Source: an uncultured Bacteroidota bacterium (GTDB lineage Bacteria > Bacteroidota > Bacteroidia > Chitinophagales > Chitinophagaceae). From it: 64,000 nt of DNA. The DNA lies in NCBI GenBank assembly GCA_903837525.1, contig CAILUU010000033.1, positions 23,310 to 87,309 of the forward strand, given 5' to 3'. A program made the position numbers and the translations under genes. The notes under the pieces are model-generated. The model saw only the letters and a program-made list of their open reading frames with translations. It was not told the DNA's origin and did not search any database. Positions 39,329 to 49,423 of the stretch are shown here, piece by piece (position 1 is the first letter of the stretch; the number at the start of each line of letters is the position of its first letter).

Positions 39329-40822
39329 TTATCCAAAAAATAAATAACACAACACAATGCTGGTAAGTATACCAACCAAATCTGCAAGCAACATTGCACC
39401 AATGGTATAACGAGTATTTTTAACTGCCACAGCGCCAAAATATACAGCCACTACATAAAAAGTTGTATCGCTGCTACCCTGTAATACACAAGCTAATCTA
39501 CCAGCAAAGCTATCTGGGCCAAATGTTTTCATAGTATCTACCATCATACCTCTTGCTCCACTACCACTCATTGGTTTTATTAAGGCTGTTGGCAAACCAT
39601 CTACAAATTTGGTATCGGCACCAAATGCTGCAAATAAATTTTTTATAGCATCTATTACAACATCAAAAGTTCCACTCGTTCTTAACAACGAAATAGCCAC
39701 TAACATACCAACCAAATATGGAATAATTTTTACAGCCGTTTCAAATCCACCTTTTGCTCCTTCAATAAAAGCATCAAACACATTTATTTTTTTGTACACG
39801 CCACCTAATACAATTAAAAAAAAGATTAATAAAATAATACCTGTACTTAATTGCTCACTAAATATATTAATTCCAACTGTACTTAATGTGCTTACAAACC
39901 AAACTAGTAGTGCTATAATTGCAGATATGCCAGCTATCCAAGCAATAATTACGGGTTGAAAAATTTTTATTTTTTGTTTGAACGATACAATTAATAAGGC
40001 CGCTAATGTTGCCACAAAAGTTGCTACCAAGCAAGGCAGAAAAATATCTGTGGGGTTTGCCGCTTTACTTCCGTTGATACCTACAGTTGCTGCTCGTACA
40101 GCAATTACACTTGTTGGTATTAACGCCAACCCAGCTGCATGCAAACACAAAAACATTATTTGTGCATTACTTGCCCTTGTTTTATCAGGGTTCAACTCTT
40201 GTAAACTTTCCATTGCCTTAATACCAAAAGGTGTAGCAGCATTATCTAATCCAAGCATATTGGCGCTAAAATTCATCATAATATGCCCATTAGCTGGGTG
40301 CCCTTTAGGAACTTCAGGAAATAATTTAGAAAAAAATGGACCAACAATTTTTGATAAAAAACGGATGCCCCCTGCTTTTTCTGCTATACTCATAAAGCCC
40401 ATAAACAAGGCCATTATACCAATTAAGCCAATGCAAATAGTTACGGCTGTGGCACAAGTAGCAATTACACCATCCATCATTTTTTGCTTACGAGCTTGAA
40501 TATAACTATAGGTAACCGCCCTAGCGCTTGTAAAGTTTTTTTGCAGTTTTAAAACGGTATCTGCTGCCACATTTGCACTTACAATATATTTGGTTTCTTT
40601 ATCAGCAGTAGTTTGTGAAATGTAGCCATACTCTTTCATTTCTTTACTAAGACTAGCAACCGTTGCACTATCCCCAATAGCTACATATTTAAATTCATCT
40701 TTACTAGTACCCGTTACCATTCTTCCAAAAACATCATCTCTACTACTATTAAAAATAAAATGATAACTAGCTACCAATAAAGCCACTACAATAAATGCAC
40801 TCCATATTCTACTTAAAGCCAT
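39329..40822 (-). CDS. nucleoside-recognition (Gate) domain membrane protein, SpmA/SpmB-like fusion
   Basis: 497 aa and polytopic. The N-terminus MALSRIWSAFI and duplicated Gate-like halves are typical of this family in Bacteroidota. Confidence 0.6.
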   Translation of the reverse strand: MALSRIWSAFIVVALLVASYHFIFNSSRDDVFGRMVTGTSKDEFKYVAIGDSATVASLSKEMKEYGYISQTTADKETKYIVSANVAADTVLKLQKNFTSARAVTYSYIQARKQKMMDGVIATCATAVTICIGLIGIMALFMGFMSIAEKAGGIRFLSKIVGPFFSKLFPEVPKGHPANGHIMMNFSANMLGLDNAATPFGIKAMESLQELNPDKTRASNAQIMFLCLHAAGLALIPTSVIAVRAATVGINGSKAANPTDIFLPCLVATFVATLAALLIVSFKQKIKIFQPVIIAWIAGISAIIALLVWFVSTLSTVGINIFSEQLSTGIILLIFFLIVLGGVYKKINVFDAFIEGAKGGFETAVKIIPYLVGMLVAISLLRTSGTFDVVIDAIKNLFAAFGADTKFVDGLPTALIKPMSGSGARGMMVDTMKTFGPDSFAGRLACVLQGSSDTTFYVVAVYFGAVAVKNTRYTIGAMLLADLVGILTSIVLCYLFFG

Positions 40823-40921
40823 GGTTATTAATTAAGGACTGAAAATTAAGAATTATTAATGATAAAGTTGCATTGAAAATTTAAGCTTTAAATAAAGCAT
40901 TTTCAATAATTGTATATAGCT

Positions 40922-40929
40922 TACCTTTG
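40922..40929 (+). promoter_or_regulatory. candidate -7 box (TACCTTTG) for ychF
   Basis: TAnnTTTG match 43 nt upstream of ATG 40973. Confidence 0.4.
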
Positions 40930-40972
40930 CACACATTTTTACTATTTTATTTTTAATTATTAATTACTCAAA

Positions 40973-42070
40973 ATGGCTTTAAAAGCAGGTATAGTAGGAC
41001 TTCCAAACGTAGGCAAATCAACTCTATTTAACGCAGTTAGTAATAGTGCAAAAGCACAAGCAAGCAATTATCGTTTTTGTACAATTGAGCCAAATATAGG
41101 TTTAGTAAATGTGCCAGATGAACGCCTAAATGCCTTATCGGAATTAGTAAAACCCGACAGAATTGTACCTACCCAAATTGAAATTGTAGATATTGCTGGT
41201 TTAGTACGTGGAGCAAGTAAGGGCGAAGGCTTAGGTAATAAATTTTTGGCAAATATTAGAGAGGTTGATGCCATTATACATGTTGTTCGTTGTTTTGAAG
41301 ATGATAATATTTTAAGAGACGAAGGGCCTATAAACCCAGTGAGTGATAAAGAAGTTATAGAAACCGAATTACAACTTAAAGATTTAGAAAGTGTAGAAAA
41401 GAAAATACAACGTACCGAAAAATTAGCAAAGACGGACCCCAAAATGAAAGCTGAATTAGATGTATTAGTTCGTTGTAAAGCACATTTAGATAATGGAAAA
41501 AATATTTTATCGCTTGGCTTAACAAAGGAAGAAAAAGTAGCGATTGCCGATTTATTTTTATTAACCGATAAAAGTATTTTGTACGTAGCTAATGTTGATG
41601 AAGCAAGTATGCACACCGGCAACAAATTTTCCAATGCCTTAACCGAAGCTGTTAAAAACGAAGGTAATGAGGTAATTGTAATGACAAATGCTATTGAGGC
41701 ACAAATAGCCGAGTTTGAAAACCCAGATGATAAAGCCATGTTTATGGAAGAATATAAAATGGTAGAACCAGCTTTAGATCGTTTAATACACTCAACTTAT
41801 AAGCTACTTAATTTATCTACCTACTTTACTGCAGGTGTACAGGAGGTTAGGGCTTGGACTATACAACAAGGTTGGAAAGCTCCACAAGCGGCAAGTGTAA
41901 TACATACCGATTTTGAAAAAGGGTTTATTAAAGCCGAAGTTATAGCCTACAACGATTTTATTCAATATAAAAGCGAAGCAGCTTGCAGAGAAACGGGTAA
42001 ATTACGAATAGAAGGAAAAGAATACCTAGTGCAAGATGGAGATGTTATGCACTTTAGGTTTAATGTATAA
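40973..42070 (+). CDS. ychF: redox-regulated ATPase YchF
   Basis: MALKAGIVGLPNVGKSTLFNA ... a very conserved YchF sequence with a TGS-like C-terminus. Confidence 0.96.
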   Translation: MALKAGIVGLPNVGKSTLFNAVSNSAKAQASNYRFCTIEPNIGLVNVPDERLNALSELVKPDRIVPTQIEIVDIAGLVRGASKGEGLGNKFLANIREVDAIIHVVRCFEDDNILRDEGPINPVSDKEVIETELQLKDLESVEKKIQRTEKLAKTDPKMKAELDVLVRCKAHLDNGKNILSLGLTKEEKVAIADLFLLTDKSILYVANVDEASMHTGNKFSNALTEAVKNEGNEVIVMTNAIEAQIAEFENPDDKAMFMEEYKMVEPALDRLIHSTYKLLNLSTYFTAGVQEVRAWTIQQGWKAPQAASVIHTDFEKGFIKAEVIAYNDFIQYKSEAACRETGKLRIEGKEYLVQDGDVMHFRFNV

Positions 42071-42179
42071 AACATTTAATAGTCGCTATAAACCATCTTT
42101 TACTTTTAAATTTTCAATTACTAAGCCAGTTTTGTTTATAATTGTTGAAAACAAGGCTAAATATATGCTTATTATTTTG

Positions 42180-42187
42180 TAGTTTTG
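42180..42187 (+). promoter_or_regulatory. candidate -7 box (TAGTTTTG) for queA
   Basis: TAnnTTTG match 91 nt upstream of ATG 42279. Confidence 0.35.
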
Positions 42188-42278
42188 CCCACTTAAAAAA
42201 TCATGCCGTAACATGATAAGTGCCTAAATGGCTACATAAAATACTCACAAACGGCATGTTAACACTTAAATGTAACAC

Positions 42279-43328
42279 ATGAAATTATCTCAATTCCGTT
42301 TCGATCTTCCACTAAATCTTATTGCTCAAAACCCTACTAAACGCCGAGAAGATAGTAGAATGATGGTGGTGCACCGTAAAACAGGGCAAATAGAAAACAA
42401 ACATTTTAAAGATATTATTGATTATTTTGACGACAAAGATGTATTTGTAGTAAATAATACCAAGGTTTTTCCTGCCCGTATGTATGGTCGTAAAGAAAAA
42501 ACAGGTGCCAAAATAGAAGTTTTTTTACTAAGGGAATTAAACAAACCCAATAAATTATGGGATGTAATTGTTGACCCTGCTCGTAAAATTCGTGTAGGCA
42601 ACAAATTATACTTTGGAGATAACGATGAATTGGTAGCAGAAGTAATTGATAATACCACTAGCCGTGGAAGAACAATACGTTTTTTATGGGAAGGGTCAGA
42701 TGCTGAATTTAAACAAGTGCTTGAGCTATTGGGAGAAACTCCTTTACCAAAATACATAAAGCGTAAGCCAGATGAAGATGATAAAGAAAGATACCAAACT
42801 GTTTACGCAAAAAATGAAGGGGCTGTAGCTGCACCAACTGCAGGTATGCATTTTAGCCAAGAGTTAATTAAACGTTTAGAAATAAAAGGTATTCGTTTTG
42901 CAGAAACTACTTTACATACAGGATTAGGTACTTTTAGACCTATTGAAGTAGAAGATTTAAGCAAACATAAAATGGATGCAGAATATTTTCAAGTAAATGA
43001 AACAGCTTGCGAAATTGTTAATAAAGCAAAAGAAAAAGGCCACCGTATTTGTAGTATTGGAACTACAACCATGAGATGTTTGGAAACTAGCTTTACTGCA
43101 CAAAAAATGTTAAAACCAAACGAAGGATGGACAAATCATTTTATACATCCTCCATACGATTTTAATATTGCAGATTCGTTAGTAACTAATTTTCACCTGC
43201 CAAAAACAAGTCTGCTAATTATGGCTTGCGCCTTTGCTGGTTTCGATTTAATGATGGAAGCTTATGCAAAGGCCATTAAAGATAAATACCGCTTTTTTAG
43301 CTATGGCGATGCGATGGTGATTTTGTAA
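42279..43328 (+). CDS. queA: S-adenosylmethionine:tRNA ribosyltransferase-isomerase
   Basis: [16 protein letters not shown] ... YQTVYA...[11 protein letters not shown]. Confidence 0.95.
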   Translation: MKLSQFRFDLPLNLIAQNPTKRREDSRMMVVHRKTGQIENKHFKDIIDYFDDKDVFVVNNTKVFPARMYGRKEKTGAKIEVFLLRELNKPNKLWDVIVDPARKIRVGNKLYFGDNDELVAEVIDNTTSRGRTIRFLWEGSDAEFKQVLELLGETPLPKYIKRKPDEDDKERYQTVYAKNEGAVAAPTAGMHFSQELIKRLEIKGIRFAETTLHTGLGTFRPIEVEDLSKHKMDAEYFQVNETACEIVNKAKEKGHRICSIGTTTMRCLETSFTAQKMLKPNEGWTNHFIHPPYDFNIADSLVTNFHLPKTSLLIMACAFAGFDLMMEAYAKAIKDKYRFFSYGDAMVIL

Positions 43329-43354
43329 AAGCAATCTATATTTTGGATATTATA

Positions 43355-43382
43355 AAAAGCTCAACTTAGGTTGGGCTTTTTA
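43355..43382 (+). terminator. rho-independent terminator of queA
   Basis: agctcaac / gttgggct stem (one G-U pair) followed by a T-run. Confidence 0.7.
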
Positions 43383-43522
43383 TTTGTACCAACTTCTTTT
43401 AAAACAATACTAAAATACAGATTTAATTCTTTAACTACCCTTACTTACTGCATATTGATAAAGGAAAAAGCAATTAGTCTTAAAATAAGTAGTAAAGGAT
43501 AAGTAGTTAAACCTATAAAATA

Positions 43523-44461
43523 CTACACATTCAACAGCATATCTTTTACCATAGCCTCTAAATTGTACTCCTCTTTCCATCCCCAATCTTTCCTTGCAAC
43601 AGTATCATCTATACTTTGTGGCCAACTGTTAGCAATTTGTTGTCGATAGTCGGGTTTATAACTCATTTCAAATTCTGGTATATGTTTTTTTATTTCTTCG
43701 CTAATTTCCTTTGGCGAAAAACTCATTCCACTTAAATTATATGAAGTTCTAATGTTAATTTTTTCAAGTGGTGCTTCCATTAGTTCAATAGTAGCTCGTA
43801 TAGCATCTGACATATACATCATAGGTAAATACGTATCTTCTTGTAAAAAACTGGTGTATTTTTTTTCAGCTTTTGCTGCATGAAAAATTTCTACTGCATA
43901 ATCTGTTGTACCACCACCGGGCTCACTCTTATAACTAATTAATCCTGGGTAACGCAGGCTACGCACATCTAACCCATATCTATTAAAATAATAATTACAC
44001 CAAAACTCTCCTGCATATTTACTAATACCATAAACAGTTGTAGGCTCTATAATAGTTTGTTGTGGACAATTTTGCCTTGGCGAGGTAGGCCCAAATACCG
44101 CAATACTACTAGGCCAATACACTTTAGTTAGTTTTTCCTCTCTAGCAATATCCAAAACATTTAAAAGGCTTTGCATATTTAAACTCCAAGCAAGGTTAGG
44201 GTTTTTTTCGCCAGTGGCAGATAGTATGGCTGCCAACAAATAAATTTGTGTAACATTTTGCCTAATTACCTGTACATGCAACATTTCCTTATTCATAACA
44301 TCCAAACTAACATAAGGTCCGGTTCCTTCTAATAAAGGACTCTGTTCTCTTAAATCAGAGGCGATTACATTATTGTTGCCGTAAATTTTCCTTAGCGCCA
44401 GTGTCAATTCTACTCCTATCTGACCACTGGCTCCTATTACTAATATTCGTTGTTTAGCCAT
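43523..44461 (-). CDS. tdh: extended-SDR (epimerase/dehydratase fold) enzyme, probably L-threonine 3-dehydrogenase
   Basis: RILVIGASGQIG.EL...LR..YG..NVIASD N-terminus and YG.SK catalytic motif. ATG 44461 is the preferred start. Confidence 0.65.
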   Translation of the reverse strand: MAKQRILVIGASGQIGVELTLALRKIYGNNNVIASDLREQSPLLEGTGPYVSLDVMNKEMLHVQVIRQNVTQIYLLAAILSATGEKNPNLAWSLNMQSLLNVLDIAREEKLTKVYWPSSIAVFGPTSPRQNCPQQTIIEPTTVYGISKYAGEFWCNYYFNRYGLDVRSLRYPGLISYKSEPGGGTTDYAVEIFHAAKAEKKYTSFLQEDTYLPMMYMSDAIRATIELMEAPLEKINIRTSYNLSGMSFSPKEISEEIKKHIPEFEMSYKPDYRQQIANSWPQSIDDTVARKDWGWKEEYNLEAMVKDMLLNV

Positions 44462-44567
44462 AAAAAGCAATTAGGTTGTAAATGTAAAAGTAAAGTGCTT
44501 AAGTTCCCAAAAACTTATTTCTTTTTGATACTCTCATAAAATTTGTTTATATTTATAAAAAAAATAT

Positions 44568-45197
44568 ATGAAAAAAATTACAATTTACTTAGCCTTGGCT
44601 TTTATCGTAATAAGCACTTCAAGTTGCTCAAAGTATTTACAATCAGGTAATGGGGGCTTTAGTGATGTTTCTTTAAATAGAACATCGGATGAATACTCCA
44701 TTAAAAGATTAAAACAAATTGAATTAGATGGTAATGCCATTTGTGGTATTCCTGGTTTGTTCGGTGGTCAGAATAATAAAAATAAAAATAAGTCTGGAAT
44801 GATGTTTAGATTTAATGGAATAGAAATTGGAAGAACACCTAGAATTTTACCTATAATAACGATGGTTGGATTCACACTTGGATATGGTGCAATAGCTCAA
44901 AGCACATTTGGTATTAATGACAATTCCAATTCATCAAATTTTGGTGAATACAAACTTAGAGGAGGCCTCCAGTATATTATAGCTTTACCATTTGCGGGTG
45001 TTTCAAATAATTTACTTTGGAATGGTGTAGCGGCAAGCGGCCTTACAAATCAGATGTATTATCAACTAATTGAAGAAAACCCCGACGTCGATGTATTTGT
45101 AAATCCTAAGTATAAAATTGACTATAAGCTAGGCATATTTTCACAAAAAGCAAAGGTGACGGCAAATGTAACCGGTGCTACTTTAAAAATGAAATAA
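44568..45197 (+). CDS. hypothetical lipoprotein
   Basis: Lipobox ISTSSC; 209 aa; no family recognised. Confidence 0.55.
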   Translation: MKKITIYLALAFIVISTSSCSKYLQSGNGGFSDVSLNRTSDEYSIKRLKQIELDGNAICGIPGLFGGQNNKNKNKSGMMFRFNGIEIGRTPRILPIITMVGFTLGYGAIAQSTFGINDNSNSSNFGEYKLRGGLQYIIALPFAGVSNNLLWNGVAASGLTNQMYYQLIEENPDVDVFVNPKYKIDYKLGIFSQKAKVTANVTGATLKMK

Positions 45198-45220
45198 ATG
45201 CACTACTCTTACTAAATAAT

Positions 45221-45247
45221 AAAGCCCACTTTAAAAGGTGGGTTTTA
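45221..45247 (+). terminator. rho-independent terminator of the lipoprotein gene
   Basis: aaagcccac / gtgggtttt stem plus a T-run. It overlaps the track start (45238) of the kdsA ORF, which supports the ATG 45298 start. Confidence 0.7.
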
Positions 45248-45285
45248 TTATTTCAGGTCTCTCTATTCTGGATAAATTATTATAC

Positions 45286-45293
45286 TACTTTTG
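45286..45293 (+). promoter_or_regulatory. candidate -7 box (TACTTTTG) for kdsA
   Basis: TAnnTTTG match 4 nt upstream of ATG 45298. Confidence 0.4.
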
Positions 45294-45297
45294 CAAC

Positions 45298-46119
45298 ATG
45301 AATAACTATCAATCAAGCCTTTTTCAAAATCAGCAATATAATTATAACAACTTTTTTCTAATCGCTGGTCCTTGTGTAGTAGAAAATGAAGAAATGGTAT
45401 TTTCAATTGCTGAAAGAGTTTCAAGCATTTGTAAAAAATTAGAAATACCTTATATCTTCAAAGCCTCATACCGAAAAGCAAATCGAACTAGCGGAAGTTC
45501 TTTTACTGGAATTGGCGATGAAAAAGCTTTACAATTAATTCAAGCTGTAGGTAAACAATTCAACTTACCGACTACTACCGATATTCATACTGCATTAGAA
45601 GCGACTATTGCTGCCGATTATGTAGATGTACTTCAAATACCTGCATTTTTATGCCGACAAACGGATTTATTGCTGGCAGCTGCATCTACGAAAAAAATAG
45701 TAAACGTAAAAAAAGGACAATTCGTAAGCGGTCCGTCGATGAAATTCGCCGTAGATAAAATCAAACAAGCCGGTAACGAAAATATATGGCTCACCGAAAG
45801 AGGCAACAGTTTCGGTTATCAGGATTTAATTGTTGATTATAGAAATATCACCTGGATGAAGGAAATTGGCGTACCTGTAGTTATGGATTGTACACACTCT
45901 TTACAACAACCTAACCAAACAAGCGGTATTACAGGCGGTAATCCACAATTAATAGAAACTATTGCCAAAGCAGCTATTGCTACTGGTGCCGATGGTTTGT
46001 TTATAGAGACACACCCAAACCCTTCTATTGCAAAAAGTGATGGAGCTAATATGCTTAATTTAAGTTTACTACAAAATTTATTAGAAAAATTGGTTAAAAT
46101 AAGGGCATCAATAGTATAA
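45298..46119 (+). CDS. kdsA: 3-deoxy-8-phosphooctulonate (KDO-8-P) synthase
   Basis: IAGPCV.E ... FKASY.KANR.S ... D.TH..Q. Confidence 0.92.
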   Translation: MNNYQSSLFQNQQYNYNNFFLIAGPCVVENEEMVFSIAERVSSICKKLEIPYIFKASYRKANRTSGSSFTGIGDEKALQLIQAVGKQFNLPTTTDIHTALEATIAADYVDVLQIPAFLCRQTDLLLAAASTKKIVNVKKGQFVSGPSMKFAVDKIKQAGNENIWLTERGNSFGYQDLIVDYRNITWMKEIGVPVVMDCTHSLQQPNQTSGITGGNPQLIETIAKAAIATGADGLFIETHPNPSIAKSDGANMLNLSLLQNLLEKLVKIRASIV

Positions 46120-46348
46120 ACAAAATACCGCACTAGGCGGTAAAGTTGTTGCTGTTTTAATGATGTTTAGGTGCAAAGACATCGACTTTAAAAAATATCA
46201 ACGGATTTAACAAACGGGAATAATTAGTTTTACTACTTAATAGTAAACTACTTGTTTGTTAGTCGAAGTAGTACCATAAATAGTTGCCTTGTACATAAAA
46301 AATAGTTTTCTATACACAAGTATCTAACAGTAACCAACTAATTAATTG

Positions 46349-46567
46349 CTAATATTTAATGGGGTTTCTTTTGCTATTAAGGATGTAGTTTTTAACATTC
46401 ATCCAAAAAGCCACAAATAAATAAATAATTAAGGGAGAACCCATTGTTATAAAGGAGATGTAAATAAAATATTTACGAATAGTAGAGGTGGCAATACCCA
46501 TTTTTTCTCCAAGGGCAGTACAAACGCCAAATACATGCCACTCAATAAAATATTTAAGCTTATTCAC
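46349..46567 (-). CDS. PspC-domain small membrane protein
   Basis: 72 aa. GVC.ALGEKMGI....IR..F.......G.....Y...W is the PspC N-terminal domain pattern. Confidence 0.7.
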   Translation of the reverse strand: MNKLKYFIEWHVFGVCTALGEKMGIATSTIRKYFIYISFITMGSPLIIYLFVAFWMNVKNYILNSKRNPIKY

Positions 46568-46627
46568 ACCACTAATTTAATACATATTTTTTAAAAATAA
46601 GGGTTTTATATAGTGCTGTTATTTTTG

Positions 46628-46635
46628 TAATTTTG
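46628..46635 (+). promoter_or_regulatory. candidate -7 box (TAATTTTG; overlapping alternative TATTTTTG at 46620..46627) for acnA
   Basis: TAnnTTTG matches about 40 nt upstream of ATG 46675. Confidence 0.4.
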
Positions 46636-46674
46636 CAACTCTCACATTAAACAATCTAAAAATCGTAAATAACT

Positions 46675-48948
46675 ATGGCTTTTGACATTGAAATGATTAA
46701 AGAAGTTTACGCAGAATTTGGTGCTAAAATTGATGCAGCTCGTAAAATAGTAAATAAACCCCTAACGCTTACCGAAAAAATATTGTACACTCACCTTACC
46801 GAGGGAGATGCAACAAAAAGTTATGCTAGAGGTGCCGATTATGTGGATTTTGCCCCAGACAGAGTTGCTATGCAAGATGCTACAGCACAAATGGCTTTAT
46901 TGCAATTTATGCAAAGTGGTCGTACAAAAGTAGCTGTTCCAAGTACGGTGCATTGCGATCATTTAATTGAAGCCAAAGTAAATAGTAAAACAGATTTAAA
47001 TAGAGCCGTAACTGAAAGTAGTGAAGTGTATGATTTTCTTGCCTCTGTGAGTAATAAATATGGAATAGGTTTTTGGAAACCAGGTGCAGGTATTATACAT
47101 CAAGTAGTGTTGGAAAATTACGCTTTCCCTGGCGGAATGATGATTGGAACAGATAGCCATACCGTAAATGCTGGTGGTTTAGGAATGATTGCAATTGGTG
47201 TAGGCGGTGCAGATGCTTGTGATGTAATGGCAGGCTTGCCTTGGGAACTTAAAATGCCCAAACTAATTGGTGTAAAACTAACAGGTAAGCTAAGCGGATG
47301 GGCAGCCCCTAAAGATGTAATATTAAAAGTTGCGGGAATATTAACCGTAAAAGGTGGTACAGGTGCAGTGGTTGAATATTTTGGCGAGGGTGCAGTAGCA
47401 ATGAGTTGTACAGGAAAAGGAACCATTTGTAATATGGGTGCAGAGATAGGTGCAACCACAAGTACTTTTGGATACGATGAAAGCATGAGCCGTTACTTAA
47501 AAGCTACAGGTAGAGAAGAAATTGCGAATGCGGCCGATGCAATAAAAGAACATTTAACAGGTGATGCAGAGGTTTATGCAAACCCTACCCAATATTTTGA
47601 TGAAGTAATAGAAATAGATTTAAATACATTAGAGCCACATTTAAATGGTCCATTTACTCCAGATTTAGCAACGCCAATTTCTAAAATGAAAGAGGCTGCT
47701 TTGGCTAATGGCTGGCCAACAAAAATTGAAGTGGGTTTAATTGGTAGCTGTACCAACTCATCGTACGAAGATATTAGCCGTGCTGTAAGTTTAGCAAAAC
47801 AAGTAAGCGAAAAAGGCTTAAAATTAAATAGCGAATTTACGATTACTCCTGGTAGTGAGTTAGTACGTTATACTATAGAAAGAGATGGATTTTTAGACCT
47901 ATTTAATAATATAGGAGCAACAGTTTTTGCAAATGCTTGTGGCCCTTGTATAGGAATGTGGGATAGAGTTGGTGCGGAAAAACAAGAACGCAATACCATT
48001 GTACATAGTTTTAATAGAAACTTTGCCAAACGTGCCGATGGTAACCCAAATACATTAGCCTTTGTAGGAAGCCCAGAAATAGTAACAGCAATGGCTATTG
48101 CTGGAGATTTAACCTTTAATCCACTAACCGATTTTTTAACCAACGATAAAGGCGAAAAAGTTAAGTTAGATGCCCCAACCGGTTTCGAATTACCTCCAAA
48201 AGGGTTTGATGTTGAAGATGCTGGTTATCAAAAACCTGCAGAAGATGGAAGTGGTGTAGAAGTAATTGTATCACCTAGTAGCAAACGTTTACAATTACTT
48301 GATCCGTTTACATCTTGGGAAGGTATAGATTTAAAAGGCTTAAAACTATTAATAAAAGCTAAAGGAAAATGTACAACCGACCATATAAGTATGGCTGGCC
48401 CTTGGTTAAAATTTAGAGGTCACTTAGATAATATTAGTAACAACATGCTGATTGGTGCATTAAACTTTTTTAATGAAAAAACCGACCTTGTAAAAAATCA
48501 ATTAACTGGCGAATATGGTACAGTGCCTAATACACAAAGAGCCTATAAAGCAGCTGGCATTGGCACTTTAGTTGTGGGCGATGAAAATTATGGCGAAGGT
48601 TCATCAAGAGAGCATGCGGCAATGGAACCACGTCATTTAGGTGTACGAGCAGTATTGGTAAACTCATTTGCAAGAATACACGAAACCAATTTAAAAAAGC
48701 AAGGTATGCTTGCGTTAACCTTTGCTAACAAAGGCGATTACAATAAAATTTTAGAAGACGATACGTTTGATATTGAAGGTTTATTGGCATTTGCGCCTAA
48801 TAAATCGTTACAACTAGTATTAAACCATGCTGATGGAAGTAACGAAACTATACAAGTAAACCATACGTACAACCAACAACAAATTGAGTGGTTTAAGGCT
48901 GGTGGTGCGTTAAATATTATTAGAAAAGAATTTGCAGAAAGGAAGTAA
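46675..48948 (+). CDS. acnA: aconitate hydratase (about 750-aa monomeric type)
   Basis: [38 protein letters not shown] and [13 protein letters not shown] motifs are all present. Confidence 0.95.
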   Translation: MAFDIEMIKEVYAEFGAKIDAARKIVNKPLTLTEKILYTHLTEGDATKSYARGADYVDFAPDRVAMQDATAQMALLQFMQSGRTKVAVPSTVHCDHLIEAKVNSKTDLNRAVTESSEVYDFLASVSNKYGIGFWKPGAGIIHQVVLENYAFPGGMMIGTDSHTVNAGGLGMIAIGVGGADACDVMAGLPWELKMPKLIGVKLTGKLSGWAAPKDVILKVAGILTVKGGTGAVVEYFGEGAVAMSCTGKGTICNMGAEIGATTSTFGYDESMSRYLKATGREEIANAADAIKEHLTGDAEVYANPTQYFDEVIEIDLNTLEPHLNGPFTPDLATPISKMKEAALANGWPTKIEVGLIGSCTNSSYEDISRAVSLAKQVSEKGLKLNSEFTITPGSELVRYTIERDGFLDLFNNIGATVFANACGPCIGMWDRVGAEKQERNTIVHSFNRNFAKRADGNPNTLAFVGSPEIVTAMAIAGDLTFNPLTDFLTNDKGEKVKLDAPTGFELPPKGFDVEDAGYQKPAEDGSGVEVIVSPSSKRLQLLDPFTSWEGIDLKGLKLLIKAKGKCTTDHISMAGPWLKFRGHLDNISNNMLIGALNFFNEKTDLVKNQLTGEYGTVPNTQRAYKAAGIGTLVVGDENYGEGSSREHAAMEPRHLGVRAVLVNSFARIHETNLKKQGMLALTFANKGDYNKILEDDTFDIEGLLAFAPNKSLQLVLNHADGSNETIQVNHTYNQQQIEWFKAGGALNIIRKEFAERK

Positions 48949-48968
48949 AAATTGTAATCATAAAAACG

Positions 48969-48995
48969 AATGCTTCAGCAAAAAACTGAGGCATT
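48969..48995. terminator. terminator hairpin shared by convergent acnA and the SET-domain gene
   Basis: aatgcttcag / ctgaggcatt 10-bp stem (one G-U pair). The right arm touches the SET gene stop codon. Confidence 0.6.
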
Positions 48996-49381
48996 TATGA
49001 TTTTACCTCAAACCACACTTTTGTTTCATCATCCCAATCACCATTATAATTTATGGTAAGCTCCTCCCCTGCTTCAATAGCCGTAACTGTTTTTATTAAA
49101 ATAGAAACTTCCTCATAATCCATAATGTACGTACAATTGCTTTTGTAACTATGGTTGTAAATAGGCACATAACCTAGTGCCATACAGCATTCGGAACTAC
49201 CTATACCCCATTCAAAAATATAATCATGCAATAAGGTTTTATCTAAATGTTCCCGGTCATTTTTTTGCATAATAATTACTGGAGCAATTTCTATCAAGGT
49301 ATCTTTTTCAATAAAACTATTGGTAAATACACCTCTTCCTTTTGTAGTTGTGTTATTAATATAGATGTAGTCTTTTAACAT
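48995..49381 (-). CDS. SET-domain protein (putative protein-lysine methyltransferase)
   Basis: 128 aa with GRGVF, NHS...N and ELT.NY motifs characteristic of minimal SET domains. Confidence 0.7.
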   Translation of the reverse strand: MLKDYIYINNTTTKGRGVFTNSFIEKDTLIEIAPVIIMQKNDREHLDKTLLHDYIFEWGIGSSECCMALGYVPIYNHSYKSNCTYIMDYEEVSILIKTVTAIEAGEELTINYNGDWDDETKVWFEVKS

Positions 49382-49423
49382 GAGATTTAAATTGTAAATT
49401 GCAGCTTAATACAATATTAAATA

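Noticed and set aside
39609-40499. 116-aa and 173-aa ORFs antisense to the nucleoside-recognition membrane protein gene.
   Set aside because: These are complement-frame artefacts of a hydrophobic membrane protein gene, with no independent support.
41068-41739. 223-aa ORF antisense to ychF, strikingly long for AT-rich DNA.
   Set aside because: It lies entirely inside one of the most conserved bacterial genes. The product is Ser/Leu/Thr-rich low complexity, typical of the codon-complement frame, and I see no promoter or independent signal. I treat it as a frame artefact. Ribosome profiling would be needed to argue otherwise.
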